NCBI GenBank assembly: GCA_026023565.1
Contig: JAPETS010000002.1
Span: forward strand, 434,001 to 498,000
Source of the DNA: Cirrosporium novae-zelandiae
Lineage: Eukaryota
Direction of reading: 5' to 3'
DNA: 64,000 nt
Shown here: piece by piece, positions 51,857-61,719 of the stretch
Numbering within the stretch: position 1 is the stretch's first letter
How the letters are laid out: every line of letters begins with the position of its first letter
Notes under the pieces: generated by a model
What the model saw: only the letters and a program-made list of their open reading frames with translations
Told to the model about the DNA's origin: nothing
Database searches by the model: none
Program-made: the position numbers and the translations under genes

Positions 51857-52196
51857 ATCCCCAAGGGAAGAAAAAAAATTATTATTTATTTCGTCTAATT
51901 ATTCCCTTCATTCCCTCAATTGAATCATCCATTTTGCATTTCAACACAGCTTTTGTTACTTGTTATCTGATAAGCCAATAGTTGGCTGGCTAATGAAAAG
52001 TTACCAAAACCGAAACCCTCATCAAGGCGAACTCCAAAGCTCTGACGACTATTTTTTTTTCTTCTCATTATCCCACAACCCACAAATCCCATGAATAAAA
52101 TTTGAACCATTGAGGCCTACCCCCCATTTTACTTGCCTGTCTCCAAGACTCATCTTTTGAGCTTTTGATAGCTCTTTGCTGCCAGCGCTTCGCGCA

Positions 52197-55100
52197 ATGG
52201 CTCTCCCAGCTCGATTCGCTGCTAGGGCTGTTGGTCCATTGAGAACGCCTATCCTCGCCAGGACTCCTACCTCCTCCCGACTCTTTGCGAGTGCAAGCAC
52301 TACTCGTATTCATGCGCTAAAGCTCAATCGTCCAGCTTATGCTCTTTGTCAACATGCTCGACAATTTTCTAAGAGCTTAAAATGCCGGGCAGCCCAAGCT
52401 CAGACAGCTCCCAGTGCTTCCGCATATATCCAGAGTGGTGTGATACAAGGCGCACAGAACCTCGTAGATGTGAAAAAAGTAATTGTCATTGGAAGTGGAG
52501 GGTTAAGCATTGGACAGGCTGGAGAATTTGACTATTCTGGTATGGACTCGAATGACTCATTAACAAGATGCCTCCCAAGATATACAGTTGCCATTGGGTT
52601 GCCAATTGCCTTTGTAAATATATGATAATGAACTATGGCTAATATGGAAATCATCAGGGTCACAAGCGCTCAAAGCTTTGAAAGAAGCTGGCGTTGCTTC
52701 GGTACTCATCAACCCGAACATTGCTACCATCCAGACGGATCATAAGCTCGCCGATGAGGTGTATTACTTGCCGGTCACCCCAGAATATGTTACCTGGGTC
52801 ATTGAAAGGGAGCGCCCCGATGGTATCCTACTTACCTTTGGTGGGCAAACAGGGCTGAACCTGGGTGTCCAGATGAATCGCATGGGCATTTTCGACCGTT
52901 ATGGTGTCAAGGTCTTAGGAACTAGTATCAAGACTTTGGAAACTAGTGAAGATCGAGACCTGTTTTCCAAAGCCCTGAAAGAAATTGACATTCCAATTGC
53001 TGAATCTGTTGCTGTTGGTACCGTGGAGGACGCCCTCGAGGCCGCCGAACAGGTCGGATATCCAATCATTGTCCGATCCGCCTATGCTTTGGGTGGTCTG
53101 GGGTCTGGGTTTGCATCCAATCCTACGGAACTACGAGATTTATCTTCGAGCTCTCTGACCTTGTCACCTCAAATTCTTGTCGAGAAATCTCTCAAGGGAT
53201 GGAAAGAGGTGGAATATGAGGTGGTACGAGATGGCAGCAACAATTGCATTACGGTATGCAACATGGAGAACTTTGATCCTTTGGGCGTCCATACTGGAGA
53301 CAGTATTGTCGTTGCGCCAAGTCAGACTCTCAGTGATGAGGAATACCACATGCTCCGAACCGCAGCTATTAAGATTGTCCGACATCTTGGTGTAGTAGGA
53401 GAATGTAACGTACAATATGCTCTCCAACCGGACGGGCTTGACTACAGGGTCATTGAAGTGAATGCTCGTCTCTCTCGATCATCTGCGTTGGCATCAAAAG
53501 CTACTGGATATCCGCTTGCATACACAGCAGCTAAGATTGGTCTTGGTCACACTCTACCAGAGCTTCCTAATGCAGTTACCAAGACCACGACCGCGAACTT
53601 CGAACCTAGCCTGGACTACATCGTTACCAAGATTCCTCGATGGGATCTCAAAAAATTCACAAATGTGAAACGGGATATCGGCAGCTCCATGAAATCTGTT
53701 GGAGAAGTTATGGCTATTGGTCGAACCTTTGAAGAGTCCTTCCAAAAGGCCATTCGTCAGGTTGACCCGAAATACCTTGGATTCCAGGGTGACAAATTCG
53801 ATAACTTGGATGAAACACTTAGGAATCCAACGGATCGTCGGTGGTTGGCTGTTGGCCAGGCTATGATTCACGAGAATTACTCGGTAGACAAAATCCATGA
53901 ACTGACAAAGATCGACAAATGGTTCCTCTACAAGCTCCAAAACATTGTTGATGCCCAACGTGAGTTGGAAGCAATCGGGAGTCTCTTTGGTCTCGAGAAG
54001 GAAACTTTGCTCAAGGCCAAGAAATTGGGATTCTCAGATAAACAGATTGCAAACTTCGTTAACAGTACTGAAGATGAAGTTCGAGCAAGGAGGACCAGGT
54101 TTGATATCAGACCTTGGGTCAAAAAGATTGATACTCTTGCAGCCGAATTCCCTGCCGATACCAATTATCTCTACACCACCTACAATGCCAGCTCGCATGA
54201 TGTTACCTTCAATGACCACGGTATCGTTATTCTTGGCAGTGGCGTCTACCGTATTGGAAGCTCTGTGGAATTCGATTGGTGCGCCGTCAATGCTACATTA
54301 TCTTTACGCAAGATGGGCAAGAAGACTGTCATGATCAACTACAACCCTGAAACCTACTCGACTGATTTTGATACTGCTGATAAGCTGTACTTTGAAGAAT
54401 TGAGCTACGAACGTGTTATGGATATTTACGAACTGGAAGCCGCCAGTGGTGTCGTTGTTTCTGTCGGCGGCCAGCTTCCTCAGAACATTGCTTTGAAATT
54501 ACAGGAAACTGGCAAGGCTCGTGTCCTAGGAACAGATCCTAAGGATATCGACAAGGCTGAGGACCGTCATAAATTTTCCGAAATCCTTGACAGCATTGGC
54601 GTCGATCAGCCAGCATGGGAAGAACTCCACACTGTTGAAGAGGCCTCGCAGTTTGCAGATAAGGTGGGATATCCTGTCCTTGTCCGACCTAGTTACGTTT
54701 TATCCGGTGCTGCGATGAGCGTTATTGGAAGCAAGGACGAACTTGAAGAAAAACTCCTCTCCGCCAGCTCGGTGTCTCCCGATCATCCCGTTGTTATTAC
54801 CAAGTTCATTGAAGGTGCTCAAGAAATCGACGTCGATGCTGTTGCATCGGGCGGTAAAGTCATTGTGCATGCTGTTAGTGAGCATGTAGAGCCCGCCGGT
54901 GTTCATTCTGGTGATGCCACTCTCGTACTGCCTCCTGTAAATCTGGACCAGTCTATCCAGGACAGAGTCAAAGAAATCGCGGAGAAGGTTGCCCAGGCCT
55001 GGAGTATTACTGGCCCCTTCAATATGCAAATTATCAAGGCCAATGACCCTGAAGGTGGTGAACCGCTACTCAAGGTCATTGAATGCAATCTGAGAGCATC

Positions 55101-55870
55101 TCGTTCATTCCCATTCGTTAGCAAAGTTCTTGGAAAGAATTTTATTGATATTGCCACCAAGGCGCTGGTCGGCCGCGATGTTCCTGAACCGACTGATCTG
55201 ATGGCAGTCAAACGCAACTACGTTGCTACAAAGGTTCCTCAGTTCTCTTGGACCCGTCTTGCTGGTGCTGATCCTTACCTTGGCGTCGAGATGTCCAGTA
55301 CCGGTGAGCTTGCCTGCTTCGGAAAGGACATCATTGATGCATACTGGGCCTCCCTTCAAGCGACCATGAACTTCCGTCTTCCCCAATCTGGAGAGGGCCT
55401 CCTGCTTGGCGGCGATTGCCAAAAGGATTTGGCCCAAATCGTCAAGTACCTAAAACCTCTTGATTACAAATTCTTTGCAGTGAGTCCAGAAGTTAAGCAA
55501 GGTCTCGAGGCCAGTATCGAAGATTTGAACATTGAAGTGATCGAGTTTCCCAAAAAGGACAAGAGAGCTCTTAGAGGAGTTTTTGAAAAGTATAACATTC
55601 ATGGAGTTTTCAATCTTTCCAGTGCCCGTGGCAAAACTCTGTTAGATGAAGACTATGTAATGCGTAGAAATGCGGTGGATTTCGGAAGGCCTCTTTTCAT
55701 GGAACCAAAGGTATGTTCTTCTTCACCATTGACCCTCAAACTAGACTGACACGAGATGCTAGACTGCCATCCTTTTCGCCCAATGCATGCACGAGAAGTT
55801 ACCCCGCCCTGAGGGCGTTCCTCAAGAGGTTAAGAGCTGGAGCGAATTCGTAGGCGAAAAACTGATATAG
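52197..55870 (+). CDS. CPA2: Arginine-specific carbamoyl-phosphate synthase large chain, mitochondrial (introns 52540-52657 and ~55711-55762)
   Basis: [22 protein letters not shown], two ATP-grasp halves (GWKEVEYEV, EVNARLSRSS; GSGVYRIGSSVEFDW, ECNLRASRS); N-terminal presequence; no fused GATase or ATCase. Confidence 0.97.
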
Positions 55871-56462
55871 ATCTTTAAGAACACCATAGGGTTGGTCGGC
55901 CCGGGCTTTTATTACAAGCGGCGGTAAGAAGGAAAGACGGAATAATTTTTTTCTGTACAAATTCCTCGCTGGTGTTCGGACACTACAAAAGTTTGGTATT
56001 TTGTTTATTTCAAGTAGCCTGAAGACTATTTTGGGACGGTGTGTGTAATTGGATCAGTAAGCTCTTCACTCCAAGTTCTCTCTGCTGCTAGGGTTTATGA
56101 CGTGGATGATTTATTGCGAATATTTACCCACATTCGAACCTACAATTATATAGGTAATTAGTTTAATACAAAAGTACACTGGAGTCTTCCCCATAGGTAG
56201 AGCCACGTGACTAGCCATTCAGCTATCCAGCCACTCCCACGTCATCCCGAGCTTCCCCACGGTTCCCAGAGAGCCTCGGCATCTTTTCATCCTGGAGCTT
56301 TCATTCTCTCAGCTCTCAATTGACTTGGGCGGGGGAAATCTCACTCTTTAGTTCTTCCTTCCTAACGGGCTATTGTACTTTTTTCTAGTCGCGCGTCTTA
56401 ATTCTTCATTCCCAATTCTTGTATTTCCCCATGAAATTGCTTCAAAGCTATTGGTATTATTC

Positions 56463-57939
56463 ATGGCTGGAAAAGTGCGCCAGCCCATAGACGTCGGTTC
56501 TTTGGAGAGATATCTTGATCAGCATATTCCAGCCATAAAAACACCTCTTGAGGTGAAACAGGTATTACTTATCATTAATCACTATCACTATGAGCCTCTC
56601 TACTTTATAATTGTTCTGTTAATCACTCTTGTTCAAGTTCGGATACGGACAATCCAATCCAACCTACCTTCTCACCACTTCTACGGGCTCTAAATTCGTC
56701 CTCCGCAAGAAACCCCCTGGTACGCTCTTTTCGAAGACAGCTCATAAGGTCGAACGCGAGTATCGAATCATTCATGCACTCGACGAGACCGATGTTCCAG
56801 TCCCCAAAACATATTGTCTGTGTGAGGATGACAACGTCATCGGGACTCCATTCTATATTATGGAGTTTCTAGATGGGCGAATATTCGAGCAACCTTGGTT
56901 CCCGAATGTGAGCATAGAGGAGAGGACGGAGATGTAAGTAATTAAACCGCTTCTGCTTCTTCATCATGGACTTCTAGACAGAGCTTGGGCTTGCATTTAT
57001 CTATGAGCCGTATATTTACATAGATCACCTCTTTAGGTGGCGCTCTGCAATCATCACCCTCGCAAAACTTCACCGCATATCTCCGTCCTCAGTCGGTCTC
57101 TCTTCATTTGGCAAGCCCTCTGGCTTCTATAATCGGCAGCTTGCGACATTCGGCACTCTTTCAGTCGCACAATCCAAAGCCGAGGACGTGGATACTGGGG
57201 TGCCTGTGGGACCAATACCCCACTTTAATAAGTTGGTGGAAGTATTCAAGCAGGAGGAAATGCAACCAGAGGATCGAGCGACAATAGTACATGGAGATTA
57301 TAAGATTGATAATTTAGTTTACCATAAGACGGAGCCAAGGGTTATTGGAATTCTGGAGTAAGTTGACCTTGTTTTTACTACAATGAACTTATCTACACCA
57401 GTCGTATGGTCACTTGCTGCCTTCACCTTATCATTATATTCTACTACTACTTCCCAATTCTCCATTGGCCTTATATGATCCATTATATCCTTCTAGAACT
57501 AGGCTAATATCTGTCCTTTAGCTGGGAGATGTCTACAATTGGTCATCCCCTTTCCGATCTCGCCAATCTCCTAACGCCCTTTCTTCCACACCCTATGTTC
57601 TCTCGCTCCCAACGGGATTCTCACACCTTACCCCAGGCTTTTCGGCCACTCCCACAAATCCCCGGCCTCCCTGCCCGGCCCACCCTCCTCACTCTTTATA
57701 CCAACGAAGTCCAAACGTGGGACCCTCACCCGGATATGTCATGGGGCGACGCGTTTGGAATATTCCGAGGTGCGATTATCTGCCAGGGAATAGCGGCGCG
57801 CAGTGCCAGGAGGCAGGCTAGCAGTGCAAAGGCAGGAATGTATGGAGTGCTAGTCGCCCCGTATGGGGAATGGGCTTGGGGGCTAGTCGAGAAAATGAAA
57901 AAAGAACGAGCAGAACAAATGGGGAAAGCAAAGTTATAG
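56463..57939 (+). CDS. APH/ACAD10-like phosphotransferase, likely peroxisomal (4 exons)
   Basis: [57 protein letters not shown]; ends in -AKL (PTS1 variant). Confidence 0.9.
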
Positions 57940-58025
57940 CCTAGACCTAGCATATCATGGGTATCCAATAGTGTGAAAAATATCAGGGGATTAGATAATT
58001 ATGATTCCTTTGGAACAATCATTCT

Positions 58026-59177
58026 TTAATCATGATCCTCCTCTGTAATCCCCGGACATCCATCCATATCTGGATCTGGATATCGATACTTGCACCAGAA
58101 GCAGTAATGATACGTAATACGTAAATATTCCACCAGCCGTCGTAATTTCTCCTCGGGTTCCAGTGCATTGTATTCGTCCAACTCCGGATCTTCCTCTTCA
58201 ACCTCTTCTTCTAGCGTATCCGTCTTGCCTAATGCCCTTCTATCCTCGGAATCTTCATCGGGGTCATCGTATGTAGGAAGTTTTGATAGACTTTGGAGTA
58301 GGTCATGACGCATCCTTTTTTCACGGTCTTTCATCTCTCGTTCGCGAATAAGACCTCTCCATAGAACATTGATATCTTTTGTTGGTCTAACCTTTCTCTT
58401 GTTCTTGTTCTTGTTCTTCTTCAACGTCTCCCCGATCTCTGCAGCAGGTCCTCTGTCAGCATTTCCTTCTATCCCACTTATATCTTGCGACTCCTCTTCT
58501 TCTTCTTGCTCAATATCGAACTTTTCGCAAACTCTCATGGCCCCCCACACCTGGCCCTCTAACCGTTTCTCCTCCCGCTCTTTTGCAACTCTGTCTCTAT
58601 ATTCTCCTAATTCCGCTTTCTCCATCTTCGCTACCCCTTGTAGTTCCTCAACAGCTTTTCTTTTCCTTTCGCTATCAAGTCCTATTCCTCCCCGGCCTTC
58701 TTTCATCTCCATTTTTATGGGTTCGATCAGTCCCTGGGGGGTTGGCTTTGCTAATGGATCGGCGGAGGAGGATGATGATGAGGAAGGAGCTGGGGCTTTG
58801 CCTAGGGCGGTACCAGGTTTATATCCAAGTTTGGATAGCATGGCGAAACCCTTGGAAGATGTGGGTAAAGAGTTCGAGAGGGCTTCATCCAGACGAGCTT
58901 TTTCCTGGGCTGCGCGCTCAGCCTTTGTTGGTTGACGGGATTTGGCTTCTGACTGGGTGAAAGGTCAGCATCTGACCTTATAGAATGGATAATTAGATAT
59001 AATGTTCAAAGAGAAGATATTGATTGGATTTGATGGGGGATCATTCACCTCGCGCTGTTTGCGAATGCGCCGTTGAGTATAGGTCTCTTTTTCTTTGCGG
59101 ACAGGCTCTACGATTGCCATGGTCATATAATCATCTTCTGCCTCTTGTGAAGGAGGGGAATTGGATGGGGTCGCCAT
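58026..59177 (-). CDS. G-patch domain protein with DUF4187 C-terminus (GPATCH11-like), 2 exons
   Basis: EDDYMTM, SKGFAMLSKLGYKPG.ALG, GRGGIG; YLRITYHYCFWCKYRY...CPG.TEEDHD. Confidence 0.9.
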
Positions 59178-59454
59178 TGTGTGGTTTTTGTTATAAAGTG
59201 CCTATTTTAGTAGAATGTTGATGTGTGGTTGCTAAGTCGTTGATAGTTGACAGTTGGATATGCGAGAGGCGGAGGTGCCACCAAACTCCGCGATCTTCAA
59301 AGCTTCAACTACTAGCCATGTCTTGCATGGATTTTACACGTAGGAATGTAAACAACTACCTTAATCACCACCACGGACGTTATTATAATTTGATGAAACC
59401 CACTCCCGTTAATTTAATGTGTATATCCGACTAATATCCATCTCCGCTATCTCA

Positions 59455-61380
59455 ATGCCGCCGAAGGCCTCCGACCCACCACCCACCACCCTCCCCGATC
59501 TTCAATCATCCTTCTCCGCCTACATCAAACCTGCTTCCGAAATTCTCAAAATCAGACAAATTCTAACTCTCTATTTGCTCTCGAATATCTCCGCTACGCC
59601 CGATCTCCCAAATGCTACCTGCCATCATATTGATTTATTATCTCCGCCTCCAAATCTGAAGCCACATCTCATCCCGCCCGAGGTAACGAATTTGAGAAAA
59701 GATTATTTGAGAGCGTTACAGAGTCACCTGCGGGCAAGAGAGGAATACGAGAATCTAGCACGAAGGAATGAGCGCCTACTTGCTCCAAATAGCAGCAATG
59801 GCACGGCTGGGGAGACTACCCTCCGCTCAATGGCCTCGAATCGAGGTCATTCACACCAACCCTCCCACTCTTCCTTCACACGCACCCTCCAATCCAAACG
59901 ACTATCTCTGACTTCTTTCACCCCGCCTCCTCCCACCTTTGAGGGACCTGATACCCCGTTCCTTTCGACCCATATGCAGATCTTGCATTTTCGACACCGC
60001 CTTTCTCAACTCCACGCTCTACATCACAACCTAGATTTACTGGAAGGCACAAGGTCAAGCCATCTGCAGATCCTCGATGGGGAGCTGTCGGCTGGGAATA
60101 ACGGGAATGGGATTGGTAAGGGGTTGGGAAAGGAGTTAGAGTATAATGTATCGGACATGGCGTACCTCAAGACGGAGCGTGGACGCATGGATGAACGTAT
60201 CCAAGGGTTAGTTTACGAGCTTCAGAAAGCGGTTGCGGGAGCACAAGCAGGCGTGGTTATTGCAAAAACGCAGTTAGAGGAAGCCCGAAGAACAACGAGG
60301 AGCGGTGCTAGCGGGGTGAGCGAAAAACAAAAAGCGAGAGCATTAAGAAAAACAAGAGACGAACTTATCGGATGGATCGAAAGGGAACTAGCCATGGCGG
60401 GCCAGGGAGTCCAAGAACAAGATGCCTCTCCACGAAAACAAGCCTTTCCACCGGCGCCGCCACCGACGGAACCCTCCATCGCAGCAGCAGCAGCACTTCT
60501 ACAAGAAAAACTAACAACCATAAAACAAAACTACGCAACCTACACCAACCGCCGACGCACGCTCCTAACCACCATATCGCAAACAACCCCGACTCTCCCC
60601 ACACTCCCAACAACCCTCACAAACCCCACCACGCTCTCCTCCCAACCGCCTAACGAACAACCCCCCACGCTCCCCACACCCCTCACAACCCTAACCTCCG
60701 CCCTCCTCCCAACAACAACCTCGCTAACCCAAACCCACACCCTCGCCACCTTCCTAACCACCCTCCTCCAATCCCTCACACGCGAAACCCACTTCGCCCT
60801 CTCCCGCCTCCAGCACGAATCCCACCTCCTCCCGGCCCACCCCATGCCAGCCCCAAAACCAAAACACAAAGCCCCGCGCCCCACAAGCTGGTCCCAGCGC
60901 GGCGGCATCAGCGCCCGCCAGCAAGCAAAACTCTTCGACCACCACCATCACCAAGCTTCCAGAAGCCAGAGCGGTATCGGTCCTATTGGGGGTCCTGGTG
61001 GCGGCGGAGCACTAGCAGAAAGCCCCCAGCTCGGTCCCGGTGGTGGCGACGGCATCAGAGAACAGTGCGAGGCGTGGGCTTATGCAGCTAGGATATCTGG
61101 AGCGGAATTGGATAAGTGGGCGCAGTCCAACATCGAGAAGGCGAAGGCGGATGTGGAGGGTGCGAGGAAGGATGTGGAGATTCTAGCGGAGATGGTGGGG
61201 GTTACGTTGGATGATATGGATAAGGATAAAGATGGAGATGAGGGTGGGGATAAGGATGGAGGGGAGGGGGATATTTGGTTGGAGAGTGTGGATATGGGTG
61301 CTAAAGGGAAGAAGAGGAGGAATAAGAAAACTGGGGTTTGGGGTAGGTTGAAGGGGGACGTTGGGGCTGGGAGTAGTTGA
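59455..61380 (+). CDS. Hypothetical coiled-coil protein with low-complexity Thr/Pro and Gly tracts
   Basis: Uninterrupted ~640-codon ORF; helical segments (LRKDYLRALQ, ALRKTRDELIGWIERELA, LSRLQHESHLLP). Confidence 0.7.
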   Translation: MPPKASDPPPTTLPDLQSSFSAYIKPASEILKIRQILTLYLLSNISATPDLPNATCHHIDLLSPPPNLKPHLIPPEVTNLRKDYLRALQSHLRAREEYENLARRNERLLAPNSSNGTAGETTLRSMASNRGHSHQPSHSSFTRTLQSKRLSLTSFTPPPPTFEGPDTPFLSTHMQILHFRHRLSQLHALHHNLDLLEGTRSSHLQILDGELSAGNNGNGIGKGLGKELEYNVSDMAYLKTERGRMDERIQGLVYELQKAVAGAQAGVVIAKTQLEEARRTTRSGASGVSEKQKARALRKTRDELIGWIERELAMAGQGVQEQDASPRKQAFPPAPPPTEPSIAAAAALLQEKLTTIKQNYATYTNRRRTLLTTISQTTPTLPTLPTTLTNPTTLSSQPPNEQPPTLPTPLTTLTSALLPTTTSLTQTHTLATFLTTLLQSLTRETHFALSRLQHESHLLPAHPMPAPKPKHKAPRPTSWSQRGGISARQQAKLFDHHHHQASRSQSGIGPIGGPGGGGALAESPQLGPGGGDGIREQCEAWAYAARISGAELDKWAQSNIEKAKADVEGARKDVEILAEMVGVTLDDMDKDKDGDEGGDKDGGEGDIWLESVDMGAKGKKRRNKKTGVWGRLKGDVGAGSS

Positions 61381-61719
61381 GTTGGGTGAAGGGGGGGGAT
61401 GGGAGAAAAGGAAACAGGCAAGAGAGAAAGGAAAGACCCCCCAAAAACAGAAAAAACGACATTTTTCATATATTTTCATGTTTTTATGTTTTTCACGTTC
61501 AGAATATGTATATACCTAGGTAATTAGTCTAAGATGTAGAAAGGGGGGGGGATTTTGGATGATTGTTTTTCATCTCCACTGTGATTTGATGGTGATGGCG
61601 ATTAGTTTTTTTGAAATCTAGCCTTGGTAATTTCAATTCTATTCTAATTTTTTTTTGCCCCCCCCCCCCTAAACAAAAAAAAAAAGTTCTCTGATATATT
61701 TTGAATATTCTTACATCCT

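Noticed and set aside
51993..52094. Arginine attenuator peptide upstream of the CPS gene
   Set aside because: Only S.DY resembles the AAP; the DY.SDH.W core is absent, and the AAP belongs to the small-subunit gene.
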